Counted from the first letter of the stretch, positions 11,339 to 22,418 are shown. The stretch is DNA of 64,000 bases from an uncultured Verrucomicrobiae bacterium (GCA_963738175.1 CAVTVI010000006.1:263493-327492); one strand, 5' to 3'. Translations and numbers: made by a program. The notes: generated by a model from the sequence alone, not told the origin.

Positions 11339-12763
11339 TCAGCCGCGCGCGACTTCGTTCAGCACCGTTCCGTCCGGCGCGATGAGTTGAATGCGCAACG
11401 GCATCTGGCCGATGGCGTGGGTCGAGCAGCTCAAGCACGGATCGTAGCAGCGGATGCCGTGCTCGATGCGGTTCAACATCGGTTCGGGAATTTCATTTCC
11501 ACGAACGTAATGCTTCGCGATTTGCGCGACGGTTTTGTTCATCGCGAGGTTGTTCTGGCCGGTGGCGATGATGAGGTTGACCTTTTTGAGGATGCCGTCG
11601 CGGTCAACCGTGTAATCGTGAAAGAGCGTGCCGCGCGGCGCTTCGCTCGCCCCGACGCCGCGCAGGTTGTTGATGCCCGCATCGGCGCGCAACTGCCCCG
11701 AAAGCAAGTCCGGGTCGTCAATATAATATTCAATCAATTCGATGCCGGCGAGAATTTCGATCAGCCGCGCGTAATGGTAGAGAAACGACGAGGTGACCGC
11801 GCCGCGCCCGAGGCTTTTGAAATTGTCCAGTTCGCGGTCGGCTTGCGGCACGCCCATGCGTTCGCAGATGTTGAGCCGCGCGAGCGGGCCGACGCGATAC
11901 ATGCCGTCGGGGAAGCCGAACGGCTTGTAGTAAGGCGATTTGAGGTAGGAGCTTTTTTGCACCGCCTCGGCGATGAACTCCTGATAATTCTGCGGATCAA
12001 GCTGGTCGGCGATGATGCTGCCGCTGCTGTCGGTGAAACGCAATTTGCCGCCGTGGTGTTCCCACGAACCGTTCGGGCTGACCAGCCCCATGAACAACGA
12101 AGGGAAATTTCCGAACACCAGCGTTTCCTTTGTGTGCGACTTGAGCGTTTTTTTGAAAATCTCCAGCGCGGTTTTCGCGGTCGCGAACGCTTCCGGCAGC
12201 CAGGAGCGGATTTTTTCGCGGCCTTCCGCAGTCAACGGGCTGCGCACGCCGCCGGGCACGGCCCACGCGGGGTGAATTTTTTTGCCGCCGAGAATTTCGA
12301 TGATTTCCTGGCCGAACTGGCGCAGGCGGATGCCCGCGCGCGCCAAATCCGGGTTCGCGGCGGCAAGTCCAAAGACGTTGCGCTTTTCCGGCGAAGTATC
12401 CCAGCCGAGCAAAAAATCCGGCGAGCTCAAATGAAAGAAACTCAACGCGTGGCTTTGGACGATTTGCCCGAGGTTCATCAGGCGGCGCAATTTGTCGGCG
12501 GCGGGCGGCACGGCCACGGCCAATATCGCGTCGCCGGCCTTGGCGGAGGCGAGCAGGTGGCTGACGGGACAAATGCCGCAGATGCGCGGCGTGATGCCGG
12601 GCATTTCGCTCATGGGCCGGCCTTCGCAGAATTTTTCAAAGCCGCGAAATTCCACGACGTGAAACTCGGCGTCGGACACGTTGCCCTCGTCGTCCAGAAA
12701 AATGCTGATTTTCGCGTGGCCTTCGATACGGGTCACGGGGTCAATTAAGATTCGTTTTGCCAT
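11339..12763 (-). CDS. hoxH: bidirectional (group 3d-type) [NiFe] hydrogenase large subunit
   Basis: RIEGH; N-terminal [10 protein letters not shown] and C-terminal DPCLSCSTH metal-ligand motifs. Confidence 0.95.
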   Translation of the reverse strand: MAKRILIDPVTRIEGHAKISIFLDDEGNVSDAEFHVVEFRGFEKFCEGRPMSEMPGITPRICGICPVSHLLASAKAGDAILAVAVPPAADKLRRLMNLGQIVQSHALSFFHLSSPDFLLGWDTSPEKRNVFGLAAANPDLARAGIRLRQFGQEIIEILGGKKIHPAWAVPGGVRSPLTAEGREKIRSWLPEAFATAKTALEIFKKTLKSHTKETLVFGNFPSLFMGLVSPNGSWEHHGGKLRFTDSSGSIIADQLDPQNYQEFIAEAVQKSSYLKSPYYKPFGFPDGMYRVGPLARLNICERMGVPQADRELDNFKSLGRGAVTSSFLYHYARLIEILAGIELIEYYIDDPDLLSGQLRADAGINNLRGVGASEAPRGTLFHDYTVDRDGILKKVNLIIATGQNNLAMNKTVAQIAKHYVRGNEIPEPMLNRIEHGIRCYDPCLSCSTHAIGQMPLRIQLIAPDGTVLNEVARG

Positions 12764-12766
12764 AAT

Positions 12767-13315
12767 TCATCCAAATTTGATGTCCGCGCCGGCCAACTGC
12801 GGCGCGTTGCCCGCGAGCAGTTGCGTCACGAACGATTTTATCCTTGCCGCCGACGGCGGGCAGCCGGGCAAATAGTAATCCACATGGATCATTTCATGCA
12901 CGGGCATGACACGTTCCAGCAACGGCGGCACGATGCCTTTTTCCTCCGGCACGCAGCGGTTCAACTGCGCGGCTTCCATGTAGGCGCGCTGCAAAACATT
13001 TTCGTGGTTGCCCAATCCAAGTTGGTTGCGGATGGCGGTGACATTGCCGGTCACGGCGCAATCGCCGAAGCCGACGACGATTTTTGTCCGCGCGCGGATT
13101 TTGTGAACCATCTCGACGTGTTCCTCATTGCAGATTGCGCCTTCGACAAGGCATACGTCCACATCGTGCGGATATTCCTTCACGTCCACGACCGGACTGA
13201 AGACGACGTCCACCAATTGGGCGAGTTCAATCAGAAACTCGTCCAGATCGAGGAACGACATGTGGCAGCCGGAACAACCGCCCAGCCAGACCGTCGCTAA
13301 TCGGGTGCGACCCAT
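12767..13315 (-). CDS. hoxY: bidirectional [NiFe] hydrogenase small subunit
   Basis: [22 protein letters not shown] and PGCPP motifs; 182 aa. Confidence 0.93.
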   Translation of the reverse strand: MGRTRLATVWLGGCSGCHMSFLDLDEFLIELAQLVDVVFSPVVDVKEYPHDVDVCLVEGAICNEEHVEMVHKIRARTKIVVGFGDCAVTGNVTAIRNQLGLGNHENVLQRAYMEAAQLNRCVPEEKGIVPPLLERVMPVHEMIHVDYYLPGCPPSAARIKSFVTQLLAGNAPQLAGADIKFG

Positions 13316-14019
13316 AATTTTTTCTCCCTTGCGTTGACGATGAATTCAAGTTTCGTCCGGTCGCGTTCCATTTCGGCCACCGTCGAGCCTTTGTGGAAAA
13401 GCGCGCCCGTCGGGCACGATTGCACGCATTTACCGCAATTCGTGCAGGTTTCAGAATCACCCCATTGCATATTGAGGTCGGTGATGATTTTGCATTTGCC
13501 GCCGCGACCGGCGACGTTCTTGGTGCCGGCGCCTTCGATGTGCCAGCAGGCGCGGACGCAACGCGTGCAAAGAATGCAACGGTTGTGATCCATGCCGAAC
13601 AACCGGTGCGTCGCATCCACGTTCCATTTCGGATAACAATAATCGTAACGGACATGATCCATGCCGTTTGCATAAGCGAGCGTTTGCAGTTCGCAATGAC
13701 CGTTCGCCACGCACACGGCGCAAACGTGATTGCGTTCGGCGAAGAGCAATTCCAGAATTATCCGGCGATATTTCCGCAGCCGTTCGCTGTCGGTCTTGAC
13801 CTCCATGCCTTCGGCGACTTTCGTAGTGCAGGCCGGCAACAATTTCGGCGCGCCCGAAATTTCCACGATGCACAGCCGGCACGCGCCGACATCATAAACG
13901 CCTTCGAGATGGCACAGCGTTGGAATGTTGATGCCGGCCTCGGTCGCGGCCGACAACACCGTGGCGCCTTCCTCGGCGCTGATCGGCTTGCCGTCAATGG
14001 TCAAAGTTTTTGCGGCCAT
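13297..14019 (-). CDS. hoxU: diaphorase Fe-S subunit HoxU (NuoG N-terminal-like)
   Basis: 2Fe-2[19 protein letters not shown] plus [11 protein letters not shown] and [12 protein letters not shown] clusters. Confidence 0.92.
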   Translation of the reverse strand: MAAKTLTIDGKPISAEEGATVLSAATEAGINIPTLCHLEGVYDVGACRLCIVEISGAPKLLPACTTKVAEGMEVKTDSERLRKYRRIILELLFAERNHVCAVCVANGHCELQTLAYANGMDHVRYDYCYPKWNVDATHRLFGMDHNRCILCTRCVRACWHIEGAGTKNVAGRGGKCKIITDLNMQWGDSETCTNCGKCVQSCPTGALFHKGSTVAEMERDRTKLEFIVNAREKKLWVAPD

Positions 14020-14055
14020 AAATTTAAGTAATGAATGGATTGGTTGAATTATATT

Positions 14056-14541
14056 TCATGGCTGACGGCTCAATCGAAGGCTTAAAAATGGATACGGATA
14101 GGTAAACGGATGGGTAATGAACATGGTGCCCTTAATACGACCGCCTGGCAAATTGAACGGGGCATTGATCGTATTGGTTCCTCTTTCGGAGCCGACGGCG
14201 ACTGCCCCGATAATCTTGCCGCGAATGATGAAGTCGTCCTTGATATGAAGCAGTCGTGCAAACCAACCGCGATTTACCTGGACGACGCATTCGCTCAATT
14301 CCGCACCACCCGCCCGCCCCGTCACGCTTCCATCGGCTGAAATATGCAACACGATCTCAACGTCTTGGGCTGCTACCTTCTTTTGCGTAGCTTCCTCATA
14401 ACTTATCCCTGTGAAACGACTTTTCCCATGCCATTGACCTGCCATGTCCGAAACTGCGGCGGTTTCGGTTGAAAATGAATTCACAGCCGTTAAAACCGTG
14501 AACGCAATTATATATCCTACGAGTTGTAATTTTTTATTCAT
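14056..14541 (-). CDS. hypothetical secreted protein embedded in the hox operon
   Basis: 161-aa ORF with a signal-peptide-like N-terminus ([24 protein letters not shown]). Its ATG overlaps the hoxF stop (ATGA at 14538-14541). Visibly AT-richer than its neighbours. No family recognised. Confidence 0.6.
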   Translation of the reverse strand: MNKKLQLVGYIIAFTVLTAVNSFSTETAAVSDMAGQWHGKSRFTGISYEEATQKKVAAQDVEIVLHISADGSVTGRAGGAELSECVVQVNRGWFARLLHIKDDFIIRGKIIGAVAVGSERGTNTINAPFNLPGGRIKGTMFITHPFTYPYPFLSLRLSRQP

Positions 14542-16187
14542 GTCGTGACGGTTTCATTTTTCAATTCGCCGTTTCCGCGCGGACCAAATTCATCCGGTTG
14601 CAACAATTCCTCATATTCCTTTCGGAAATATTTCAGCGTGCTGATCACCGGATTTGGCGCGGTCTGGCCGAGTCCGCACAGGCTGGTGTTTTTCACCATG
14701 TCACAAAGTTCCTCGAGCTTTGCGAGGTCGCGCGCGGTGGCTTTGCGTTGCGTGATTTTTTCGAGCAAATTGAACATCTGCACCGTGCCGGCGCGGCAGG
14801 GAATGCACTTGCCGCAGGATTCTTCCATGCAAAATTCCATGTAAAATTTCGCGATCTCCACCATGTTCGTGCTGTCGTCCATCACGACCATGCCGCCGGA
14901 ACCCATGATGGAACCGAGCTTGTTCAAAGATTCATAATCCACCGGCGTGTCGAGATAATCCGCCGGGATGCAACCGCCCGAAGGTCCGCCGGTTTGCACC
15001 GATTTGACCTGCCGTCCGTCCGGCGCGCCGCCGCCCATTTCCATGACAATCTGCCGCAGCGGAATTCCCATCGGCACTTCGATGAGGCCGTTGTTTTTAA
15101 TTTTGCCGGTGAGCGCGAAAACTTTGGTGCCTTTGCTTTTTTCCGTGCCGATGCCCGCATACCATTCGCCGCCGCGATTGATGATCGCGGAAATGTTGGC
15201 AAAAGTTTCGACGTTGTTGATGAGCGTCGGAGAACCCCACAAACCGCTTTCCGCCGGAAACGGCGGACGCGGACGCGGCGTGCCGCGCTTGCCTTCGACC
15301 GATGCCATCAACGCCGTTTCCTCGCCGCACACAAACGCGCCCGCACCGATGCGGATGTCCACGTTAAAATTAAACGGCGTTTCAAAAATTCCCGCGCCAA
15401 GCAAGCCGAGCTGCTTCGCCTGCTTGATCGCAATCTGCAAACGCGAAATGGCGAGCGGATATTCGGCACGCACATATAAATATCCCTGGTCCGCGCCGAC
15501 GGCGTAGGCGGCAATGGCCATGCCTTCGAGCACAAGATGCGGATCGCTTTCCAAAACGCTGCGATCCATGAACGCGCCGGGATCGCCTTCGTCGCCGTTG
15601 CAAACGATGTATTTTTTCGCGCCGGGCGATTTGGCGACCGTGCCCCATTTTAGCCCGGTCGGAAATCCCGCGCCGCCGCGTCCGCGCAATCCGCTCTTCG
15701 TCACTTCCTCGACGACTTGCGCCGGCTGCAATTCCGTGAGCGAGTGATGCAATGCCGTGTAGCCGCCGATGGCGATGTAATCTTCGATGCGTTCCGGATC
15801 AATGATGCCGCCGTTCGCGCGGACGATGTGCATCTGCTTGGCGAAAAATGGGTGCTTGGGATCGCCGCGCTGCACCTTGCACTCGCCGCCTTTGAGCGCG
15901 GCGATAATGGACGGCGCGTCTTCGGGTTTCACAAATTCCCAGAGTCCGTGTTCGCCATTTTGATCCACACCAACGAGCGGGCCTTGTCCGCAAAATCCCA
16001 TGCAGCCGACGCGGCGCACTTCGACGTCCGCTTCCAATCCCTGCGCCTTGGCCTCGGCTTCGAGATTTTTTTTGATCACGTCGGCCTGTGAGGACATGCA
16101 GCCCGCCGACATGCAGGTGCGCACGATGATTTTTTTCCGGGAACTTCTATGTTTCCCGGCAATGCCATTTAAGTCGTCCAATTGCAT
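14538..16187 (-). CDS. hoxF: diaphorase NAD(P)H/FMN-binding subunit HoxF (NuoF-like)
   Basis: [23 protein letters not shown], and an N-terminal thioredoxin-like Fe-S domain. Confidence 0.95.
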   Translation of the reverse strand: MQLDDLNGIAGKHRSSRKKIIVRTCMSAGCMSSQADVIKKNLEAEAKAQGLEADVEVRRVGCMGFCGQGPLVGVDQNGEHGLWEFVKPEDAPSIIAALKGGECKVQRGDPKHPFFAKQMHIVRANGGIIDPERIEDYIAIGGYTALHHSLTELQPAQVVEEVTKSGLRGRGGAGFPTGLKWGTVAKSPGAKKYIVCNGDEGDPGAFMDRSVLESDPHLVLEGMAIAAYAVGADQGYLYVRAEYPLAISRLQIAIKQAKQLGLLGAGIFETPFNFNVDIRIGAGAFVCGEETALMASVEGKRGTPRPRPPFPAESGLWGSPTLINNVETFANISAIINRGGEWYAGIGTEKSKGTKVFALTGKIKNNGLIEVPMGIPLRQIVMEMGGGAPDGRQVKSVQTGGPSGGCIPADYLDTPVDYESLNKLGSIMGSGGMVVMDDSTNMVEIAKFYMEFCMEESCGKCIPCRAGTVQMFNLLEKITQRKATARDLAKLEELCDMVKNTSLCGLGQTAPNPVISTLKYFRKEYEELLQPDEFGPRGNGELKNETVTT

Positions 16188-16190
16188 AAT

Positions 16191-16712
16191 TCAAATCCAG
16201 GTTTTGATTTTTTCGAGCGCGGCCTCGGGAGTTTGTTTCGGGGCCACATGGCCGTCGTAAGTCACCGCCGGCGCAATGCCGCAGGCGCCGATGCAACGCG
16301 CTGTCAAAAGGGAAAGTTTGTTGTCCGCCGTCGTTTCGCCGGGCTTGATCTTATATTTTTCCTGGATGCCGCCGATGATCTTGTCCGCGCCCTTCACATA
16401 ACACGCCGTGCCCAGGCACACGACGCAGGTGTGTTCGCCCTGCGGCTTGAGCTGGAAGAAATGATAAAACGTCGCGACGCCGTAGACGCGACTGGGCGGC
16501 AGCTTGAGTTTGATGGAAATGAAGAGCAGCAAATCGTCTTCCAGATAGCCAAAGAGTTCCTGCGCCTTGTGCAGCACTTCGATCAAAGCATCCTGCCGGA
16601 ACTGGTGCTTCTTCATGTGGACTTCCAGAATCTTGAAGCGCTTGTCTCCGCTGGCGTGCTTCAGCACGCGCGCGGCGTTCTTTTCCTTTTCCCTTGGAAA
16701 CATCGGTAACAT
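16191..16712 (-). CDS. hoxE: diaphorase 2Fe-2S subunit HoxE (NuoE-like)
   Basis: CLGTACYVKG...CIGACGIAP motifs; first gene of the cluster. Confidence 0.92.
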   Translation of the reverse strand: MLPMFPREKEKNAARVLKHASGDKRFKILEVHMKKHQFRQDALIEVLHKAQELFGYLEDDLLLFISIKLKLPPSRVYGVATFYHFFQLKPQGEHTCVVCLGTACYVKGADKIIGGIQEKYKIKPGETTADNKLSLLTARCIGACGIAPAVTYDGHVAPKQTPEAALEKIKTWI

Positions 16713-17114
16713 AAAATTATCCGTTTGTGACTTCGACCAAACACAACTTATGAGTCGCAGGGTTCACAGACTCCACGCTGTTTGGCTTTGATTGAACATT
16801 TCTTGTGCATATGGCACCGGCGGATTTCATTTTCATTTCTTTCACAGTTCCGTCCGCCGCGGAATTCAAGTCAAGAAAGGCGAAGGAATTGCCAAGAAAT
16901 GCGAAGAGGGTTCCCGCCGGGTATATCAGATTTACGTTGCGGATTGCGTAGAAAATTAAAACCAGCTTATGAATAAAACATCCGGCTCCGTGAAATGCGC
17001 CCGGCCTTCCGCGTGCCGATCGCGCGGTTTGCGGCGGCGCACGCGGACGCGGCAGGAAAACGGTAAAAATTAACAGCAACTGAAATTCTCCTTTTAACCC
17101 CGACAAAAAAATAT

Positions 17115-19712
17115 ATGCAAAAAAACAACCTGTGTTCCCTCGGACTCATCGCGGCGGCCTTGATGGGCGCAACCGGCAGCCTGCACGCGGGCGAAGCGGA
17201 CTTGAAAATCCCCGGCCTCGAACAGGTGACATTCGACGGGCTGGGCGGCATGGGCGGCGTGACGCTGATGTATCTGGGAATCGTCATGTGCGCGGTCGGC
17301 GCGTTTTTTGGACTGGTGCAATACCGGCAGACGAAAAATCTGCCGGTGCACGAGTCCATGAGCAGCGTATCCCACATGATTTGGGAAACCTGCAAAACAT
17401 ATCTGTCGCAACAGGGAAAATTCCTCGTCGTTCTCTGGCTGTTGATCGCAAGCTGCATCCTCTTTTATTTCCGGTTTCTCGAGCATAAAAATTTCGGCGA
17501 CATTGCCGTCATCCTGCTCGCCTCGGTTCTGGGCATTCTTGGCAGCTACGGCGTCGCATGGTTCGGCATCCGCATTAATACGCAGGCCAACAGCCGCACG
17601 GCCTTTTCGGCGCTGCAAGGAAATCCGCTCAAAACACTTTCCATCCCGCTGCAATCAGGCATGAGCATCGGCTTGCTGCTGGTTTCCGTGGAATTGTTTT
17701 TCATGATCAGCATTCTGGTTTTTCTGCCGAAAGAACTCGTCGGCCCCTGCTTCATCGGCTTTGCCATCGGCGAATCGCTCGGCGCCACGGTGCTCCGCAT
17801 TTGCGGCGGCATCTTCACGAAAATCGCCGACATCGGCAGCGACTTGATGAAAATCGTCTTCAAACTTCCCGAAGATGATCCGAAAAATCCCGGCGTCATC
17901 GCCGACTGCACGGGCGACAACGCGGGCGATTCCGTCGGCCCGACGGCGGATGGCTTTGAAACCTACGGTGTGACCGGCGTCGCGCTCATCGCGTTTCTTG
18001 CGCTGGCGCTGGCGGCCACTCCGGCGGTTTGCGCCACGCTCATCGTCTGGCTGTTCGTGATGCGCGCGCTGATGATTGCGACTTCACTCGCTTCTTATTT
18101 CATCAACGACTCGGTTTGCCGCGCGAGATACGGCAACCTGAAGGATTTCGATTTTGAAGCGCCGCTGACGCAGCTTGTCTGGATCACCTCGGCGGTTTCG
18201 ATTTTCGTCACGTTTCTCGCCAGTTATGTATTGCTGGCCAAACAGGCCGGGTTGAATCCCGATTTGTGGTGGGTGCTTTCAGCGATCATTTCCTGCGGCA
18301 CGGCGGCGGGCGCGTTGATCCCCGAATTCTCGAAAATTTTTACCAGCACCAATTCGCAGCACGTCAAGGAAATCACGAACTGCTCCAAACACGGCGGCGC
18401 GTCGCTGAACATTTTGTCGGGTTTTGTGGCCGGCAACTTTTCCGCGTTTTGGACGGGACTGGTCATTCTGGCGCTGATGTTCACGAGCTGTCTTTTTGCG
18501 CTGTATCAAGGCTCGCCCGTCGTGGCGCTGATGCCCGAGTCGTTGAAATTCGCCGCGCCGATTTTTGCGTTCGGCCTGGTCGCCTTCGGCTTTTTGAGCA
18601 TGGGTCCGGTGACGATTGCCGTGGACAGTTACGGCCCGGTCACCGACAACGCGCAATCCATCTATGAATTGAGCCGGATCGAATCGCGCAAAAACATCCG
18701 CACTGAAATCGAGGAACAATTTGGCTTTGAACCGGATTTTGAAAACGCCAAGTATCAGCTCGAAAAGGGCGACGGCGTGGGCAACACCTTCAAGGCGACG
18801 GCAAAACCGGTCTTGATTGGAACGGCGGTCGTTGGCGCGACGACGATGGTTTTCGGCATCATCATTTTGCTAGACAACATTGGCAAGGCCGCCGATCCGT
18901 CCTTCAGCATCATTTCCAAATTGAGCCTCGTCATGCCCGAAATCATCCTCGGCCTGCTCATGGGCGGCTCGGTGATTTACTGGTTCACCGGCGCCTCGTG
19001 TCAGGCCGTCGTGACCGGCTCCTATCGCGCGGTGGTTTATATCAAGAAACACATCAAACTCGATTCCGTCACCGCGTCGGAAAAGGACAGCAAGGAAGTC
19101 GTCCGCATCTGCACCGTTTATGCGCAAAAAGGAATGTGGAATATTTTCATCGTGATTTTCTGTCTCGCGCTGTCGCTGGCGTTTTTCAACCCGTATTTCT
19201 TCATCGGCTACCTCATCGCCATCGCGTTCTTCGGATTGTTCCAGGCGATTTTCATGGCCAACGCCGGCGGCGCGTGGGACAACGCCAAAAAAATTGTCGA
19301 AGTCGAATTGCGCCAGAAAGGAACCGACCTTCACGCCGCGACCGTCGTCGGCGACACCGTGGGCGATCCGTTCAAGGACACGTCGTCCGTGGCGTTGAAC
19401 CCCGTGATCAAATTCACCACGCTCTTCGGTCTGCTCGCGGTGGAAATGGCGGTGACGATGCACAGCCAGAATTTGAAGAACACCATCGGCGGGATATTGT
19501 TTGTTGTCGCGCTGATTTTTGTCCACCGATCCTTTTATGCCATGCGCGTTCCCGAAGCCACGGACGAAGTTCCATCGGCACCGGTGGATCGGACAACAGT
19601 TCTCTCGCGAGAAAACTTAAATGAACCGGATTGGGTTCCGGGCAGCCCGGCTTCTGCGTCGCAAAATAATAATCACTTGATTCCGCCGCCTCTGGAGAAA
19701 TTGTCCCGTTGA
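17115..19712 (+). CDS. hppA: membrane-integral ion-translocating pyrophosphatase
   Basis: DCTGDNAGDSVGPTADGFETYGVTG, GGAWDNAKK and VGDTVGDPFKDTSSVALNPVIKF motifs; many TM helices; 865 aa. Confidence 0.93.
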   Translation: MQKNNLCSLGLIAAALMGATGSLHAGEADLKIPGLEQVTFDGLGGMGGVTLMYLGIVMCAVGAFFGLVQYRQTKNLPVHESMSSVSHMIWETCKTYLSQQGKFLVVLWLLIASCILFYFRFLEHKNFGDIAVILLASVLGILGSYGVAWFGIRINTQANSRTAFSALQGNPLKTLSIPLQSGMSIGLLLVSVELFFMISILVFLPKELVGPCFIGFAIGESLGATVLRICGGIFTKIADIGSDLMKIVFKLPEDDPKNPGVIADCTGDNAGDSVGPTADGFETYGVTGVALIAFLALALAATPAVCATLIVWLFVMRALMIATSLASYFINDSVCRARYGNLKDFDFEAPLTQLVWITSAVSIFVTFLASYVLLAKQAGLNPDLWWVLSAIISCGTAAGALIPEFSKIFTSTNSQHVKEITNCSKHGGASLNILSGFVAGNFSAFWTGLVILALMFTSCLFALYQGSPVVALMPESLKFAAPIFAFGLVAFGFLSMGPVTIAVDSYGPVTDNAQSIYELSRIESRKNIRTEIEEQFGFEPDFENAKYQLEKGDGVGNTFKATAKPVLIGTAVVGATTMVFGIIILLDNIGKAADPSFSIISKLSLVMPEIILGLLMGGSVIYWFTGASCQAVVTGSYRAVVYIKKHIKLDSVTASEKDSKEVVRICTVYAQKGMWNIFIVIFCLALSLAFFNPYFFIGYLIAIAFFGLFQAIFMANAGGAWDNAKKIVEVELRQKGTDLHAATVVGDTVGDPFKDTSSVALNPVIKFTTLFGLLAVEMAVTMHSQNLKNTIGGILFVVALIFVHRSFYAMRVPEATDEVPSAPVDRTTVLSRENLNEPDWVPGSPASASQNNNHLIPPPLEKLSR

Positions 19713-20115
19713 ACGAGGCGTTCAGCGCGGACGGAAAATTTTGCCTAACGTAGAAAGCTGATCCACTGCGGACTCACATGACGCTCGCGGCGCAGAAAAT
19801 CAGGGCCGGCAAAATTGGAACGAAAAAACTAAACCATGCGGCCCAATAAAAAAGCAAAAGCCTTGAACGAATTGGTATCGTTTTTGAAGTTTCGTCCATA
19901 ATTTACCTTTACTGCTCGAACCCAATTCTATTGAAAAATAAAGATTGTCACAGCCTTTTTCATGCTATTTTCAGCGTCCCTTTCGCCAAATCGGCAGAGG
20001 GAAAACGGTCTTAAAATTTCGCGTCCGTGTGGATGCGAATGGCCACAATAACATCAAAATCAATCCCGTTTTCCGCGGGATGGTTCGCTCCGGCGAATTT
20101 TTAACCAAAGGAAAT

Positions 20116-20940
20116 ATGTTAAGCATCGGCGTAAAAGAATTGTTGGAATCAGGCGTCCATTTTGGACACCAGACGAAGCGTTGGAACCCCAAGATGAAGC
20201 CCTTCATCTTCGACGCGCGGAACGGCATCCACATCATTGATTTGAGCAAGACGCTCACGCAGCTTGAAGCCGCGTGCGATTTTCTCGCCGCGACCGTTCG
20301 CCGGGGCGGAAAAGTTTTGTTCGTCGGCACCAAAAAACAGGCGCAGCAATGCGTCAAGGAAACCGCGAAGGAATGCGGGCAATTTTACGTCGTCGAGCGC
20401 TGGCTCGGCGGCACGATGACGAACTACGCGACCATCAAGACTTCCATCAAGCGCCTCAAGGAAATCGAGAAGATGAACGCGGACGGCACCATCAACGATT
20501 ACGTCAAGCAGGAACAGGCGATGATCCATCGCGAGGAAGCCCGTTTGCACAAGTATTTCGACGGCATCAGCGCGATGGACAAGCATCCCGCCGCGTTGTT
20601 CGTCGTGGACATCAAGCGCGAACACAACGCCGTGGCCGAGGCGATCAAACTGAAAATTCCCATCGTCGCGCTCGTGGACACGAATTCCGATCCCGACCTC
20701 GTGACGTATCCCATCGCCGCGAACGACGACGCCATCCGCTCCGTCCGCATGATCATGGCGACCGTCGCGCAGGTCATCACGCAGGCGCAAGCGGAATTTG
20801 AATCCAAACGCGCGCGCAAACCCGACGCGCAGGAAGCGGCTCCGGCAAGTGAAGAAAAATTTACATCGGCGCAGGCCGTTGAAGTTGCCGCCGGCGACGA
20901 TACGACCACGCCGGAAAGTTCCCCGGCGATTCAATCATAA
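20116..20940 (+). CDS. rpsB: 30S ribosomal protein S2
   Basis: MLSIGVKELLESGVHFGHQTKRWNPKM, with ATG at 20116. Has a low-complexity C-terminal tail. Confidence 0.95.
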   Translation: MLSIGVKELLESGVHFGHQTKRWNPKMKPFIFDARNGIHIIDLSKTLTQLEAACDFLAATVRRGGKVLFVGTKKQAQQCVKETAKECGQFYVVERWLGGTMTNYATIKTSIKRLKEIEKMNADGTINDYVKQEQAMIHREEARLHKYFDGISAMDKHPAALFVVDIKREHNAVAEAIKLKIPIVALVDTNSDPDLVTYPIAANDDAIRSVRMIMATVAQVITQAQAEFESKRARKPDAQEAAPASEEKFTSAQAVEVAAGDDTTTPESSPAIQS

Positions 20941-21038
20941 ACATAAATTGGTAGGGACGCGCTGCTGCGCGTCCGGCGGCGCGGCAGCGCCGCCCTACCA
21001 TCAATGCTCAACTTTCAACTCTCAACTAATTTAATTTT

Positions 21039-21882
21039 ATGGCTGAAATCACTGCTGCCAGCGTCGGCAAGCTCCGCGAAATGACCGGCGCGGGCTTGAT
21101 GGATTGCAAGAAGGCGCTCGTCGAGACCAAAGGCGACATCGAAGTCGCCGTGGAATATCTGCGCAAAAAAGGCATCGCGTCCGCCGAGAAAAAAGCGAGC
21201 CGCGCGGCCAACGAAGGCGTCATCGCCCAGCACATCGCGCCCGGCGCGAAAGTCGGCGTGCTGGTGGAAATCAATTGCGAGACGGATTTTGTCGCCAAGA
21301 ACGACAGCTTCCGCGCGTTCTGCGACGACATCGCGAAAAAACTTGCTGCAAATCCGAACGCGGATTTGGAAGCCGACCGCGTCGCCGTCGTGGCGAAGAT
21401 TGGCGAGAACATCAAAATTTCGCGGCATCAGCGCATCGAAGTTTCCGGCAACGGACTCGTCGCGGCTTACATCCACACCGGCGCGAAAGTCGGCGTGCTC
21501 GTCGAAGTCGGCGCGGGCAAGCCGGAGACGACTGGCAAGGAAGAATTCAAGCAGCTCGTGCGCGACATCACATTGCAGATCGCGGCGGGACATCCGCACG
21601 CCGTCTCGCGCGAGCAGGTCGCGCCCGAAATCATCGCGAAGGAACGCGAGATCGCCGCGTACTTCCGACCGTCTCAAGGGCAAGCCGCCGCAAGCGATGG
21701 AAAAAATTCTCGCGGGCGTGCTGGATAAATTTTTCCAGACCTACTGCCTCGTGGACCAGGGCTTCGTGAAACGCAATTCCGAAGTCAGCGTGAAGGAACA
21801 CGTCGCGCAGATCGGCAAGCAGCTTGGCGATGAGATCACGATCCGCCGTTTCGTGCGGTTTCAAGTCGGCGAAAGTGCGTAA
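21039..21882 (+). CDS. tsf: translation elongation factor Ts; frame broken once as given
   Basis: MAEITAASVGKLREMTGAGLMDCKKAL in frame 0 (ORF 21039..21728). The C-terminal part ..SDRLKGKPPQAMEKILAGVLDKFFQTYCLVDQGFV is in frame 1 (ORF 21289..21882). The shift is near 21660. Confidence 0.92.
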
Positions 21883-21906
21883 AATTCATCAAGACAAAAT
21901 TGCAAA

Positions 21907-21933
21907 GGCGTCCAGCAATGGACGCCTTTTTTT
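21907..21933. terminator. intrinsic terminator between convergent tsf and the lipoprotein gene
   Basis: GGCGTCCA-GCAA-TGGACGCC hairpin followed by TTTTTTT on the + strand. Confidence 0.75.
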
Positions 21934-21935
21934 GT

Positions 21936-22418
21936 TTAATCATTTTGATAAATGAAAATTGTTCCTGTGTCGGAATTGACCCAAATATAAAGGGAATAAC
22001 CTGCAAGATTAGGATCGCCTCGAAAATAGCCGTTTGTTATTGACGATGGCGTCCACCAAGGCATCGGAAGAAATTTTTTGTCGGGAGTAATAATTTGAGC
22101 TTTTGCCAATGGAGTGCGTGGATATGCGAGCGTTCTCTTAAATTGTGCGTTATTGGTTTGAATTAATTCATCAACAGTGGAATCAACTTCGTTAGTTGGA
22201 ACTCTGAAGCGAACGTAACGTTCAAGGTCTTGCATTCCGCCAGCGTAATCCAAATAGTAAATATCAGTTGCAGATAAAGGAAGTTTTGGATCCTGAAGTC
22301 CCGCCGCCGCCGGAGAAGATTTTGGCGAATCGCAGCGTTGCAATGATTCATCGAGTCCGCAACCAGCAAAAATTAAGATAGCCATCAAAATAAAAATTTG
22401 AATTCCGTAGAATTTCAT
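21936..22418 (-). CDS. hypothetical lipoprotein, AT-rich gene
   Basis: MKFYGIQIFILMAILIFAGC lipobox. Strikingly AT-rich compared with the flanks. No family recognised. Confidence 0.6.
   Translation of the reverse strand: MKFYGIQIFILMAILIFAGCGLDESLQRCDSPKSSPAAAGLQDPKLPLSATDIYYLDYAGGMQDLERYVRFRVPTNEVDSTVDELIQTNNAQFKRTLAYPRTPLAKAQIITPDKKFLPMPWWTPSSITNGYFRGDPNLAGYSLYIWVNSDTGTIFIYQND

Noticed and set aside
16723-16742. CRP/FNR-like half site GTTTGTGACTTCGACCAAAC just upstream of hoxE.
   Set aside because: Only 5-bp arms (GTTTG/CAAAC) are complementary, and only one TGTGA half is present. It lies 11-30 nt from the ATG, most likely inside the 5' UTR. The evidence is insufficient.
16812-16830. Sigma-54-like TGGCAC in the hoxE-hppA intergenic region.
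   Set aside because: The required -12 element (TTGC about 5 nt downstream) is absent (TGGCACCGGCGGATTTCA). The site is ~300 nt from hppA and on the wrong strand for hoxE.
16717-17106. 129-aa ORF (minus) filling the hoxE-hppA intergenic region.
   Set aside because: No family signature and odd composition. It occupies a divergent promoter region and is most likely non-coding.
19774-19899. 41-codon hydrophobic ORF (minus strand; MDETSKTIPIRSRLLLFYWAAWFSFFVPILPALIFCAASVM) between hppA and rpsB.
   Set aside because: There is no box, no recognisable leader and no homolog I can name. It lies in the probable rpsB promoter/leader region. Support is too weak to call it a gene.
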